Shown here: one piece after another, positions 27,829 through 38,515 of the stretch
Layout: every line of letters begins with the position of its first letter
How positions within the stretch are numbered: the stretch's first letter is position 1
NCBI GenBank assembly: GCA_044370475.1
Contig: JBILVK010000004.1
Location: 4,596 to 68,595, forward strand
Reading direction: 5' to 3'
Source of the DNA: Bacteroidia bacterium
GTDB lineage: Bacteria > Bacteroidota > Bacteroidia > UKL13-3
Length of the DNA: 64,000 nt
Translations under genes and position numbers: made by a program
Notes under the pieces: model-generated
Database searches by the model: none
Told to the model about the DNA's origin: nothing
What the model saw: the letters and a program-made list of their open reading frames with translations, nothing else

Positions 27829-30800
27829 ATGAGTATCAAAAATTGGATTTTTGTTTTTTTCGGGCTGATCCTACTCCCAATGGGTTCAGGGGTTTTTGCG
27901 CAAGGGATAAATACTCCTTTTGGGCAGAATAGGGTTCAATATGGACGATTTGAATGGAGTTTTTTGCGCAGCGAAAACTACGATGCATTTTTTTATTCTG
28001 GAGGCAGGGAGCTTGCAAATTTTTGCATTCGTTATGCAGAGAACAATATGCCTGGTATTGAAAAACTGCTCGACCATAGATTGGCAGGAAGAATAGAAAT
28101 TATTTGTTACAATACCTTAGGTGATTATAAGCAGAGTAATTTTGGTTTAGAAGAAGTTGCCTTAAATACGGGTGGTTATACCAATGTGGTTAACAATAGG
28201 GTAATGGTTTATTTCAATGGTGATCATGCAGATTTGGTGAGGCAGTTAAAAGAAGGATTATCCTTGGTATTGCTCAATGAATTGCTATATGGTGGATCGG
28301 TTCAGGAAAGATTGCAAAATGCTGCTTTACTTAATTTGCCGCAATGGTACCTCCAAGGCTTAACATCTTATATATCTAAGAGCTGGGATGTTGACATGGA
28401 CAATAAAATGAAGGATGCATTGGCCTCTAAGGGTAAGTTTAGGTACAATAGATTGAGTCAGAAAGATGCCATTTTTGCCGGACATTCACTCTGGAAATAC
28501 TTGGTAGAAAAGTATGGGGAGGAGTTTATAGCCAACATGGTTTATATTACAAAACTCACGCGCAATTATGAGAGTGCATTTTATTATGTAACCAATATTG
28601 AGTTTCCAGAAATACAAAAAGAATACATAGATTATTATAAGAATTTATATGCCAAGGAAGCTACTTTATTACAAGATTTTCCAACTGGAGAGTATAAAGT
28701 AAAAAAGCGCATTGCCCCTTATATTCAGTCGCAAATGAAGGCAAGTCCAAAAGGAAATTACTTAGCCTTTACTAGCAATAAAAACGGGAAGTATCGCATT
28801 TGGTTGATGGATTTAAAAACAGGTAAAACCAGGCGATTGTTTAAAGGCGGAATTAAATACCATCAATTAATTATTGATCAAAGTTTTCCTTTGTTGGCAT
28901 GGCAAGCAGGTGGAGATAAGCTAGCCTATGTTTACGAAAAGAAATCTCAAATTTATTTGCGCATTGTTGATTTGGTGAATAAAAAAGAGGAGACTTTAAA
29001 GTTTAATAAATTCGATAAAATTACGGGAATAGATTTTAGTGAGAATGGCAGAAGCATTGTTCTTTCTGCTATAAGAAAAGGCCAGAGTGATATTTTTATT
29101 TACGATATTCCAACCCGTAAAGAGAGGCAGATAACGGCCGATTTTTATGATGACTTGTACCCAAGGTTTGTTGATTTTTCCGGAAAAATTTTGTTTAGTT
29201 CCAATAGGAAAAACGATTCTTTGGGAGTAGGGGTTAAATCTACTTTAGAGGAAGACAATAACTTTGATATTTTTCAGTACGATTTAGAGAATAATAGCCG
29301 CAAATTAAAGCGCTTAACGCATACGCCTAATATCAATGAGACACAGCCTATAGATTATAACAAAGAATATTTTGCTTATTTAACAGAGTATAATGGGGTA
29401 AGAAATAGGTATGCTGTAAGGTTAGAAGAAGTATATGATTATACAGAATTGCAAGTGAAGTATTTTGATAGTTTAGAACTTGTAACAGACACCCTGGCCT
29501 ATACAGATGCGCCAAGTTGGAGTGGTAAAAAGTTTACTTATCAAGGTAAAGAAATAAGTATTGACAACAGGGTGGAGCGAGTAGATACCATCATCCATAA
29601 CAAGGATATTGTTTATACCTATCCGCTTACAAATTACAAGAAAAGTATTATTGCGCATGATATATCGGTTCAGGGCAAACAAGTATATGATTTGGTATTA
29701 GACAAGGGCAGGTATTATATAAAATATGGTCCTATTGTTAAGAATGTGGTTGCAGAGGCAGAGCAGGTAGAAACCTATCCAAATATGTATAGGTTGCAAA
29801 CAGGTTTTGCAACCAAACCTTTTGAAATGGGTGCTAAGGAATACCGCGATAAGCCAGTAGCCATTGACCTAGAAAGTGAGGTAAAAGAGGTGAGGGTAAA
29901 GATGGATACCAATGCCTATTTCTTTGTCAATGAATTTACTCAGCCTACTTATAAACGACCAGAGTATATTATTGTAACTAAGAATCCTGATGCAGGTTCC
30001 TTGCAAAGAACCATAAAAGTTAATGCGCCCCGTTTTTACGATGTCACCTTTTTTACTGATAAGGTAATTACACAAATAGACAATAGCATTATCAATACCT
30101 ATTATCAACCAATTTCGCCAGCTGCTCAACAGATGTTTAACCCAGGTTTGAATGGTATGTTTAAATTGGGTATGATGGATTTGTTTGAGGATTATCGCAT
30201 CACTGGTGGCTTAAGGGTGGCATTTGATTTATCTGGCTTCGATTATTTTGCCAGCTTCGAAACTTTAAAGAAAAAGTTAGACCATAAGTTTGTTTTTTAT
30301 AGACAAAGTAGAAGTGGAGGTAGTCCAGAAATTGTGAGTTATAAGAATCTTTCGCATGAGTTACGGTATATTCTCAAGATACCATTTAACCCTGTTAGCA
30401 GTTTTAGAATAGCTACTTTTTATAGGCAAGACAGAGATATCATTAAGACCACAGACGTTGCCACACTTGATTCTACAGACAAATACACGCATTGGGTGGG
30501 TGGTAAGTTGGAGTATGTATTTGATAATACCGTACCTAAGGGGATGAATTTGTACAATGGCACCCGATTTAAAATATTCTATGAGCATTATAGTAATGTA
30601 AAGAACCTCGATATTCAATTGAATACTCTGGGATTTGATTTTAGGCATTATCAAAAGATTCACCGACAAATTATTTGGGCTACCAGGTTTACTGCCAACA
30701 CCAGTTTTGGGCCGGGAAAAGTAGTTTATTATCTTGGTGGAGTTGAAAATTGGATGCCTGCAAGGTTCAATAATGAGATAGCCACAGCTACAGATAAGAA

Positions 30801-31224
30801 CTATGTTTTTCAAGCTTTGGCTTGTAATTTGCGTGGGTTTGAGCAGAACATACGCAATGGAAATTCGTTTGCCTTAATGAACACAGAAATTAGAATTCCA
30901 CTGTTTCAATATGCGCTAAATAGACCCCTAAGAAGTGAGTTCCTAAATAATTTTCAAGTGGTTCCATTTTTTGATATTGGTTCGGCTTGGGTGGGTTCAA
31001 ATCCGTATAGCGATGACAATACTTTTAATCAAAAGGATTATGTAAACGGACCTATAAAAGCCAAGGTGATTAACGTAAGAGACCCAATAGTAGCAGGTGT
31101 TGGTGGCGGTCTGCGCACCAAGTTGTTTGGGTATTTTTTAAGGTTTGATACCGCGTGGGGAATTCAAGATGGAGAGGTTGCAAGCAAACCCCTTTATTAC
31201 TTTTCATTGGGCTTAGACTTTTAG
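27829..31224 (+). CDS. Large outer-membrane protein: TolB/PD40-like beta-propeller region plus C-terminal Omp85-like beta-barrel
   Basis: I take the Met at 27829 (MSIKNWIFVFFGLILLPMGSGVFAQ, a signal peptide). The middle has PD40-like repeats (SPKGNYLAFTSNKNGKYRIW..., FSENGRSIVLSA). The C-terminal third has alternating beta-strand character and ends ...YYFSLGLDF, with the terminal aromatic residue typical of OM barrels. Confidence 0.55.
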   Translation: MSIKNWIFVFFGLILLPMGSGVFAQGINTPFGQNRVQYGRFEWSFLRSENYDAFFYSGGRELANFCIRYAENNMPGIEKLLDHRLAGRIEIICYNTLGDYKQSNFGLEEVALNTGGYTNVVNNRVMVYFNGDHADLVRQLKEGLSLVLLNELLYGGSVQERLQNAALLNLPQWYLQGLTSYISKSWDVDMDNKMKDALASKGKFRYNRLSQKDAIFAGHSLWKYLVEKYGEEFIANMVYITKLTRNYESAFYYVTNIEFPEIQKEYIDYYKNLYAKEATLLQDFPTGEYKVKKRIAPYIQSQMKASPKGNYLAFTSNKNGKYRIWLMDLKTGKTRRLFKGGIKYHQLIIDQSFPLLAWQAGGDKLAYVYEKKSQIYLRIVDLVNKKEETLKFNKFDKITGIDFSENGRSIVLSAIRKGQSDIFIYDIPTRKERQITADFYDDLYPRFVDFSGKILFSSNRKNDSLGVGVKSTLEEDNNFDIFQYDLENNSRKLKRLTHTPNINETQPIDYNKEYFAYLTEYNGVRNRYAVRLEEVYDYTELQVKYFDSLELVTDTLAYTDAPSWSGKKFTYQGKEISIDNRVERVDTIIHNKDIVYTYPLTNYKKSIIAHDISVQGKQVYDLVLDKGRYYIKYGPIVKNVVAEAEQVETYPNMYRLQTGFATKPFEMGAKEYRDKPVAIDLESEVKEVRVKMDTNAYFFVNEFTQPTYKRPEYIIVTKNPDAGSLQRTIKVNAPRFYDVTFFTDKVITQIDNSIINTYYQPISPAAQQMFNPGLNGMFKLGMMDLFEDYRITGGLRVAFDLSGFDYFASFETLKKKLDHKFVFYRQSRSGGSPEIVSYKNLSHELRYILKIPFNPVSSFRIATFYRQDRDIIKTTDVATLDSTDKYTHWVGGKLEYVFDNTVPKGMNLYNGTRFKIFYEHYSNVKNLDIQLNTLGFDFRHYQKIHRQIIWATRFTANTSFGPGKVVYYLGGVENWMPARFNNEIATATDKNYVFQALACNLRGFEQNIRNGNSFALMNTEIRIPLFQYALNRPLRSEFLNNFQVVPFFDIGSAWVGSNPYSDDNTFNQKDYVNGPIKAKVINVRDPIVAGVGGGLRTKLFGYFLRFDTAWGIQDGEVASKPLYYFSLGLDF

Positions 31225-33357
31225 AGCATCAGACTCTTCCTTCTCTAAATAAGCCAAACCAAGTCGTATGATGTGGTGCGGGATTTCTTCTTTTAAAAAA
31301 GTATAAATGGGAGCTAATAATTTCTTTTCACCGGTAATTTTCACAGCTTCTCTCACATAAGCAATTTCTGTTTGGTTAATGTAGCTATCTATTGAATTGA
31401 GTTGGCTCGTTTTAAACAAATGGGCAATATGAGAATAGATAGTGCTTTCGTGCAACTGCCTCGAAACAGCAATTTCTTCTAAAGTAAAACCGCTGTTCAA
31501 TAAATTAAGTGTTTCTTTATAGGTATCTTGTTTGGGTAATTTTACTTCATTTGATTTTAGCCATTGTTTAATCTCTTTTACAAAGGCATTTCCGTATTTT
31601 TTAATCTTAAATTCACCAAATCCAGTTACATTTAGTAAGTCGCCAAGAGAAATGGGTTTTTGTTTGGCAAGGTCTAATAATGAAGCATCGTTTAATACAA
31701 TATAAGCTGGAACATTTTCCTTCTCTGCTAAGTGCCTTCTTACCCCTCTTAAATAATCGAACAAATCCTCTGTTGTTTCCTTGCTTACCTCTGCAACAGC
31801 CACTTTTTTAGGCACAGGTTCAAATGCTTTTTTAGGTTCGGTATGAACCAAATCTATGGTCTTTTTCCCATAAAGTACTTCTTGTCCAAACGCGCTAATT
31901 TTAAGCAAATTCCCTTCATCGTAGGCGATTTCCATTAAGCCTATATTGAGCATTTGAACCAAGTATTGTTGCCAATCATGAAAGCTTGTGTCTTTTCCTG
32001 CACCAAATGTTTTAATACGGTCGTAATTATTTTCAATAATCTCTTTCCTATTAGATCCTCGGAGGATATCAATGAGAATATTTACCCCTACTTTTTGGTC
32101 GGTTCTCAGCATGGCCGACAGGGCTTTTTGTGCCAATAAGGTTCCATCAAAAGTGCTACGCGGTTCTTTGCAAACATCACAATTTCCGCAAGCCTGTTCT
32201 AGGGTTTCGCCAAAGTAAGCGAGCAAAATTTTTCTTCTACAAATGGGAGTTTCTGCATACTGCTGCATTCTGTTAAGCTTCTCTAAGTTGAGATCTTTTT
32301 GTCCGCTGTCTTCTATAAAACTTCGGAGCAGAATAACGTCTGCAATGCTGTAATATAAAAGGGTATCACTAGGTAATCCATCTCTTCCTGCCCTTCCAAT
32401 TTCTTGGTAATAACCTTCCATATTTTTGGGTAAGTTATTATGTATTACAAAGCGCACATTGCTTTTATCTATACCCATTCCAAAGGCAATGGTTGCGCAG
32501 ATAATTTTGGTTTTATCTCTGATGAAATTTTCTTGCACGCGCGACCTATCTTCAGAGCTCATGCCAGCATGATAGTAGGCAGATTTAATTCCTAGCAGCA
32601 TTAAATCATGCACCATTTCTTCGGTTGATTTGCGACTTAAGCAATAGATGATTCCGCACTCATTTTTACGGGCATTAATAAAGCTTGCTATTTCTTCTAG
32701 TTTCTTTTTCTTTTTAATTCCAAATCTTACGGTTAAACTTAGATTAGGTCTATCAAAACTTGCTACATAAATGGTAGGGTTTTTAAGGCATAATTGGCTC
32801 ACTATATCTCGCCGCGTAATCTTGTCGGCCGTAGCTGTTAGTGCAATAATTGGCACATTGGGCCAGGTTTCTTTGAGGAGTTTTAACTTGGTATATTCTG
32901 GTCTAAAATCGTGACCCCACTGACTAATACAATGTGCCTCATCTATGGCTATGAGAGAAACTTTTATTTGTGAATTGAATAATGGGATGAGGGTTAATAG
33001 TTTTTCTGGAGAAAGATATAGTAATTTTATGTGTCCTAATGTTAGGTTTTCTATTAATTGATATTGTTCAGATTCGTTAAGGCTACTATTTAAAAAATCT
33101 GCCTTAACACCATTTGCTTTTAGGGCCTCCACTTGGTCTTTCATAAGCGCAATAAGAGGAGAAACTACAATGGTAATATTGGGCAACAATAAGGCAGGCA
33201 ATTGAAAGCAAATAGATTTTCCACCTCCTGTAGGCATGAGCACTAAGGTGTCTTTATGTTGAAGTACATCTTGCACAATTTCCTCCTGAAGTGGCCTAAA
33301 AGCGTCAAAGCCAAATTGTTTTTTAAGGAGTTGTTGTGGGTTAATTGTTGCTTGCAT
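31213..33357 (-). CDS. recQ: ATP-dependent DNA helicase RecQ
   Basis: Motifs LMPTGGGKS and DEAHCISQWGHDFRPEY, the RecQ zinc-binding Cys cluster (CRR...CGNCDVC), and an HRDC-like region. Confidence 0.95.
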   Translation of the reverse strand: MQATINPQQLLKKQFGFDAFRPLQEEIVQDVLQHKDTLVLMPTGGGKSICFQLPALLLPNITIVVSPLIALMKDQVEALKANGVKADFLNSSLNESEQYQLIENLTLGHIKLLYLSPEKLLTLIPLFNSQIKVSLIAIDEAHCISQWGHDFRPEYTKLKLLKETWPNVPIIALTATADKITRRDIVSQLCLKNPTIYVASFDRPNLSLTVRFGIKKKKKLEEIASFINARKNECGIIYCLSRKSTEEMVHDLMLLGIKSAYYHAGMSSEDRSRVQENFIRDKTKIICATIAFGMGIDKSNVRFVIHNNLPKNMEGYYQEIGRAGRDGLPSDTLLYYSIADVILLRSFIEDSGQKDLNLEKLNRMQQYAETPICRRKILLAYFGETLEQACGNCDVCKEPRSTFDGTLLAQKALSAMLRTDQKVGVNILIDILRGSNRKEIIENNYDRIKTFGAGKDTSFHDWQQYLVQMLNIGLMEIAYDEGNLLKISAFGQEVLYGKKTIDLVHTEPKKAFEPVPKKVAVAEVSKETTEDLFDYLRGVRRHLAEKENVPAYIVLNDASLLDLAKQKPISLGDLLNVTGFGEFKIKKYGNAFVKEIKQWLKSNEVKLPKQDTYKETLNLLNSGFTLEEIAVSRQLHESTIYSHIAHLFKTSQLNSIDSYINQTEIAYVREAVKITGEKKLLAPIYTFLKEEIPHHIIRLGLAYLEKEESDALKV

Positions 33358-33416
33358 TTGTCAAACATAGCATTTGATTTGTAAAACATAAAAGTTAGGG
33401 CCGAACGCAAGCATAG

Positions 33417-33752
33417 ATGGAGCAAAGAGATTTTTTTCAAGATGTATACGATGTGGTAAGATTGATTCCACGAGGTAGGGTGAGTTCTTATGGCGCCATT
33501 GCTAGGTACTTAGGCTCTGCCAGAGGTGCAAGGGTGGTAGGATATGCCATGAATGCAGCTCACCAACAAGAGAATTGGGTACCAGCACATAGGGTACTTA
33601 ATAAGGTGGGATTGTTAACAGGAAAACAGCATTTTGCAGATATAAATGAAATGCAAAGATTGTTGGAGGAAGAGGGGTTAGTTATAGAAAACGAGGGACT
33701 TAAAGATTTCGAAAAATACTTTTGGGACCCCAATATTGAGCTTAATTTATAA
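33417..33752 (+). CDS. Alkyltransferase-like (ATL) / MGMT-family DNA-binding protein lacking the acceptor Cys
   Basis: MGMT DNA-binding domain (IPRGRVSSYGAIA...). PAHRV stands where active methyltransferases have PCHRV. Confidence 0.8.
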   Translation: MEQRDFFQDVYDVVRLIPRGRVSSYGAIARYLGSARGARVVGYAMNAAHQQENWVPAHRVLNKVGLLTGKQHFADINEMQRLLEEEGLVIENEGLKDFEKYFWDPNIELNL

Positions 33753-33769
33753 AGGAGTAAAAAATAAAT

Positions 33770-34123
33770 ATGGAAAACCGGAAAGAAGTTGAAGAATTTA
33801 ATGCTTACCGAGAAAAAATGAATGAAAAAATTCTTGGTTCAGACAATTTGGTTTTAAAAAGGTTGTTTAATTTAGATACTAATACCTATGAAGAGGGAGC
33901 CCTACCAACTGTAACCAAAGAAATGTTGGGTTTGGTGGCAAGTATGGTTTTGCGATGCGACGATTGCATAAAGTATCATCTTGGAAAATGTGCAGAAATA
34001 GGTGTAACGAATGCGCAAATGTTTGAAATTTTTGCTGTTGCCAATATTGTGGGCGGAACAATAGTGATACCCCATACAAGAAGGGCTGTGGCCTATTGGG
34101 AGGAATTATTAGGCGCATCGTAA
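33770..34123 (+). CDS. Carboxymuconolactone decarboxylase / AhpD-like family protein
   Basis: 117 aa. The CxxC-containing core RCDDCIKYH is typical of the AhpD-like fold. Confidence 0.75.
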   Translation: MENRKEVEEFNAYREKMNEKILGSDNLVLKRLFNLDTNTYEEGALPTVTKEMLGLVASMVLRCDDCIKYHLGKCAEIGVTNAQMFEIFAVANIVGGTIVIPHTRRAVAYWEELLGAS

Positions 34124-34175
34124 AAAAAATTAGTTTAACTAAGCTTACTTAGTTATTTTAGGTGCCTATTTTAGT

Positions 34176-36653
34176 ATGGGCATGAAGTTTAAAATGAGAT
34201 TGTTAGGCTGTTTCTTTGGTTTATTATTTTTATCATTCAACCTGGTGGCCTTTGGTCAGGCAGAGAATGAGAAGGATAGTTTGGAAAGTTTGTTGCCATT
34301 TGCAAACGATTTGCAACGTGCCGATATATTAAACGGTCTGGCTAATTGTGTGAAGCATTTGGATACTACCAAGGCTGGAAATTATGCACGTCAGTCGCTA
34401 GCCATTTCCAATAAAATTGATTATTGCAAAGGTAAATCTGTTGCTGAGGTAACGCTTGGAATTTTGGCAAAGAATGGTGGGTATTTTGTGGAAGCCAAGC
34501 AACATTTTTTAACGGGTTTGGCCTTGGGTTTAAAATGCAAGGAGCCATTTGCGGTTTCATACGCTTACCATAGTTTGGGTAATTATGCCTATATGCAAGG
34601 CGACTATAGCAAGGCCATGCGTTATTATATTGCTTCTGTAAAGATTTCTGAGCAAATAGGAGACAAAGTGCGTGCTGCCCGTACCTACAACAATATTGGT
34701 TCTTTGTATATGGATTTAAATAATACCACCAAAGCGGAGGAGTATTATTTGCATTCACTCGATTTGTATAAGGGTACGAGTGATGAACTAATTATTGCTG
34801 AGATTGAAAATAATTTAGCAAATATTTATCAAGTTAAAGGATATCAATTAAAGGCTTTGTATCATTATTCAAACGCATTGGAGGTTTTCAGAAAACGAAG
34901 TAGTTCATATGATATATCCTCTGCCTTGCATAATATTGGTATTGTGTATTTGTCTCGCCGACAAGCAAAAAAAGCATTGCCCTATTTTCATGAATCATAT
35001 AGAATCGATTATCAAATAGGAGATTCAAGGGCGCTCTTGTTGGTTTTGTCTAATTTGGCTAGGTCTTACAGTCAATTAGGGAAATTAGATTCTGCTAGCT
35101 ACTATGTTGTCTTGGGATTGGATGTGGCAAAAAAGAATTCAAATTTGACGGAGATTTCGGATATTTATGAGGTTGCTGCTATTACCTATGGAAAGTTGAA
35201 CGATACCAAAAAGCAGGTCTATTACCAAAGTTTAAAAAACCAGCATGATTCCCTCATTTTAAACAAAGCACAAAGGTCGGAGATTGGAATTGCTGCAGCA
35301 GAATATGAGAACGATAGGAAATCTCAGAAACTAAAGTTGATGGAGAAAGAGAATGAAATTAATCAACTTAAAATACACGAACAAGAGTTGGAACTCGAGA
35401 GCAGAAATTTGCTTTTGGTGGCTGTTTCTGTGGTGATGTTTTTCTTGATTTTGATTGTTGCGTTGGTGTTTTATTTGCTGAGCCTGAATAAGAAAAATAA
35501 GTTGTTTGAAATGGGGAGTCGTGCAAAGACCAGTGTACTGCAGCAGATGAACCATGAAATTAGAACCCCTTTAAATGGTATTGTGGGCATGAGCCAATTA
35601 GCGCTAGAGAGCAAGACTTTTACAGAGTTGAAAGACTATCTTTCCTATATAAAACAAAGCAGCGATGATTTAATGTTTGTCTTAAACAACCTCATCACCT
35701 TTTTGCAAATTGATAGAAAGGAAGCGTATCCACAGGCTGCTCCTTTTAATTTGTTGATGTCGTTGGAGGAGCTCTTTAAAATCTATAGTACCAAGTGTAA
35801 GAATAAGGGATTGCTGTTTAACCAAATGGTTTATCCGGGAGTACCTCAAACCATAAATGCCGATAGGCAAAAGATTTTGATTATGGTGCAAAATTTGTTG
35901 AGCAATGCTGTTAATTATTGCCAGAAGGGTGTTGTAAAAGTGGAAGTAAAACAGAGTGCTTCAAGAGTAAAGGATGGCAAACGTTTAAGTACCATTCAGT
36001 TTTCTGTCATAGATGAAGGTGAAGGATTGAGTGAAAAGGAAATCAAGAATTTATTTAAAAAGGTAAATAAAGAAAACGCTATTGAGGCTGGTTTTGGGAT
36101 AGGCCTGAGTAATGTAAAATACTTGAGTGATCTAATGAAGGGACACATTGAAGTGATTTCTGAAAAAGGTGTAGGTAGCAGTTTTATCCTAGAAATAGAA
36201 GTAGAGGATTTAGACGGAAATGAAATGGAATTTAAATCGGGTAAATCGATGAACCGCATTTTTGAGCCAAAGAAATACCATGTTTTAGTGGTTGAGGATA
36301 ATTTAATTAACCAAACATTGTTTGCCAAGTTGCTTGAAAAAGAAGGATACAATGTAACTGTTGTGGGTAACGGACTATCGGCTTTGGCAAGTATGCGTAC
36401 TCATTCCTTTGATATTGCAATAATGGATGTAAGGTTGCCAGAAATGGATGGAATAGAGACTACCCAGCATATAAGAAACCGCAGCGAATTCTCCAATATG
36501 CGGAATATTCCTATTATTGGCATCACTGCACAGGATGATTCACAAGAAAAAAAGAAGTGTTTAGAAGTAGGTATGAATGATTATCACACCAAGCCAATTA
36601 ACCGTGAGTTGTTTCTAAATGCCATTGAAACACAATTATTGGCTAAAAATTAG
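34176..36653 (+). CDS. Hybrid sensor histidine kinase / response regulator with N-terminal TPR repeats
   Basis: Signal peptide, TPR-like repeats, a coiled coil and one TM span. The H-box MNHEIRTPLNGI, an HATPase region (GFGIGLSNV) and a C-terminal receiver (VLVVEDN..., IAIMDVRLPEMDG) are present. Confidence 0.9.
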   Translation: MGMKFKMRLLGCFFGLLFLSFNLVAFGQAENEKDSLESLLPFANDLQRADILNGLANCVKHLDTTKAGNYARQSLAISNKIDYCKGKSVAEVTLGILAKNGGYFVEAKQHFLTGLALGLKCKEPFAVSYAYHSLGNYAYMQGDYSKAMRYYIASVKISEQIGDKVRAARTYNNIGSLYMDLNNTTKAEEYYLHSLDLYKGTSDELIIAEIENNLANIYQVKGYQLKALYHYSNALEVFRKRSSSYDISSALHNIGIVYLSRRQAKKALPYFHESYRIDYQIGDSRALLLVLSNLARSYSQLGKLDSASYYVVLGLDVAKKNSNLTEISDIYEVAAITYGKLNDTKKQVYYQSLKNQHDSLILNKAQRSEIGIAAAEYENDRKSQKLKLMEKENEINQLKIHEQELELESRNLLLVAVSVVMFFLILIVALVFYLLSLNKKNKLFEMGSRAKTSVLQQMNHEIRTPLNGIVGMSQLALESKTFTELKDYLSYIKQSSDDLMFVLNNLITFLQIDRKEAYPQAAPFNLLMSLEELFKIYSTKCKNKGLLFNQMVYPGVPQTINADRQKILIMVQNLLSNAVNYCQKGVVKVEVKQSASRVKDGKRLSTIQFSVIDEGEGLSEKEIKNLFKKVNKENAIEAGFGIGLSNVKYLSDLMKGHIEVISEKGVGSSFILEIEVEDLDGNEMEFKSGKSMNRIFEPKKYHVLVVEDNLINQTLFAKLLEKEGYNVTVVGNGLSALASMRTHSFDIAIMDVRLPEMDGIETTQHIRNRSEFSNMRNIPIIGITAQDDSQEKKKCLEVGMNDYHTKPINRELFLNAIETQLLAKN

Positions 36654-36701
36654 ATTCTTTTCAAAAAAATAGTTCATATTTGCCTCCTCAAAATTGAAGA
36701 T

Positions 36702-37583
36702 ATGTCAGTATTAGTAGATAAAAATTCTAAGGTGATTGTTCAAGGTTTCACCGGTAGCGAAGGAAGTTTCCATGCGCAACAAATGATTGAATACGGAACG
36801 CAACTTGTGGGTGGTGTAACTCCTGGAAAAGGAGGTCAATTGCACCTAGATAAGCCTGTATTTAATACCGTTATGGATGCTGTAAACACCACAGGTGCTA
36901 ACGTTTCCATCATTTTTGTACCACCAGCTTTTGCTGCTGATGCCATTATGGAAGCTGCAGATGCAGGTATTAAAGTGATTGTTTGTATTACTGAGGGTAT
37001 TCCAGTAAACGACATGATTTCTGTAAAGGAATACATTAAATCGCGCGATTGCAGGTTAATTGGACCAAATTGCCCAGGTGTAATTACACCAGGTGAAGCT
37101 AAAGTTGGTATTATGCCAGGTTTTGTTTTCAAACAAGGTCGCATAGGTATTGTATCTAAATCGGGTACTTTAACTTATGAAGCTGCAGATCAGGTGGTAA
37201 AAGCTGGATTAGGAATTAGTACTGCCATTGGAATTGGTGGCGACCCAATTATTGGAACGCCTACTAAAGATGCAGTGGAGTTGTTAATGAACGACCCAGA
37301 AACCGATGCCATTATTATGATTGGTGAGATTGGCGGAAGCTACGAGGCAGACGCTGCTCGTTGGATTAGGGATAACGGTAACAAAAAGCCTGTTGTAGGT
37401 TTTATTGCTGGTCAAACTGCCCCTGCAGGTAGAAGAATGGGTCACGCAGGTGCCATCATTGGAGGTAAGGATGATACTGCTGCTGCTAAAATGGCCATCA
37501 TGCGCGAGTGTGGGTTAACCGTTGTAGAATCTCCAGCAGAGATTGGTTCGGCCATGCTACAAGCATTACAAGCAAAAGCATAA
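36702..37583 (+). CDS. sucD: Succinate--CoA ligase subunit alpha
   Basis: Motifs [21 protein letters not shown] and the catalytic His block MGHAGAII. Confidence 0.95.
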   Translation: MSVLVDKNSKVIVQGFTGSEGSFHAQQMIEYGTQLVGGVTPGKGGQLHLDKPVFNTVMDAVNTTGANVSIIFVPPAFAADAIMEAADAGIKVIVCITEGIPVNDMISVKEYIKSRDCRLIGPNCPGVITPGEAKVGIMPGFVFKQGRIGIVSKSGTLTYEAADQVVKAGLGISTAIGIGGDPIIGTPTKDAVELLMNDPETDAIIMIGEIGGSYEADAARWIRDNGNKKPVVGFIAGQTAPAGRRMGHAGAIIGGKDDTAAAKMAIMRECGLTVVESPAEIGSAMLQALQAKA

Positions 37584-37600
37584 ATAAAATTGTTTTGTAA

Positions 37601-37646
37601 AAAGCCACTGTTGGATGTAAAATTCCTTCAGTGGCTTTTCTTTTTT
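37601..37646 (+). terminator. Rho-independent terminator after sucD
   Basis: Stem AAGCCACTG/CAGTGGCTT, followed by TTCTTTTTT. Confidence 0.55.
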
Positions 37647-37697
37647 AAGCAGTTTTGTTTAGAAATATTCTAAATTGCGTTCAATAATTGTGACGTC

Positions 37698-38489
37698 ATG
37701 CAAATAATTAATACAAGCCTATTTACTGAAAGCAGTGTGGCAATTTTGAGAAATTCGTTTAATGAAGCCAAGCCATACAGGCATGTGGTAATTGATGGAA
37801 TATTAATGCCCGAGGTTGCAGAAGAAATTTATAATAGTTTTCCCAAGGAAGATGTCTTTAACAAAAAGTATAAAGGGGTAAATGAATACAAAGCGGAAGG
37901 CTCAAATTTCGAGGATTTTCCTACCATTTTTGAACAATTGAAGCAAGAATTTCATTCCTTAGAATGGTGTAAATTGATGAGTGAAATTACAGGAATTCCT
38001 GAGTTATTTAGTGTGCCAGATGCCTTAGGTGGTGGCCTGCACCAAGGAAGTAATGGTAGCTTTTTGGACATACATATCGATTTTAATATTCATGCAGATA
38101 GAGGCATCCATCGCCGCATAAATTTGTTGGTTTTTTTTAACAAAGATTGGAAGGAAGAATATGGCGGCCATACAGAGTTGTGGAACGCAGATATGACCAA
38201 TTTGGATAAGAAAGTTTTGCCTTCTTATAACCGCTGTTTAATTTTTGAAACCAACGAAATTAGCTACCATGGTTATGCAGCTATTCAAGTGCCAGAAAAT
38301 GTAACGCGTAAATCGTTTTACGCCTATTATTACACCCAATTGCGCGAAGATGCAGCCAAGTATCATGATACCGTTTTTAAAGCGCGCCCAACAGATAGCG
38401 CGGTAAAGAAGGCATTAACCCCCATTAAGGAAGGAGCTAAGAATTTTATTAAAAGGCAACTTCGCAAATTGGGTATTACCTTTAATTAA
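37698..38489 (+). CDS. 2OG-Fe(II) oxygenase superfamily protein (prolyl-hydroxylase-like)
   Basis: HxD...H facial triad candidates (HIDFN ... YHGY), plus RINLLVFFNKDW..GGHTELW, which is typical of the PF13640-type fold. Confidence 0.65.
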   Translation: MQIINTSLFTESSVAILRNSFNEAKPYRHVVIDGILMPEVAEEIYNSFPKEDVFNKKYKGVNEYKAEGSNFEDFPTIFEQLKQEFHSLEWCKLMSEITGIPELFSVPDALGGGLHQGSNGSFLDIHIDFNIHADRGIHRRINLLVFFNKDWKEEYGGHTELWNADMTNLDKKVLPSYNRCLIFETNEISYHGYAAIQVPENVTRKSFYAYYYTQLREDAAKYHDTVFKARPTDSAVKKALTPIKEGAKNFIKRQLRKLGITFN

Positions 38490-38515
38490 GTAAATCTTTT
38501 TGTTTTCTTTGCGGC

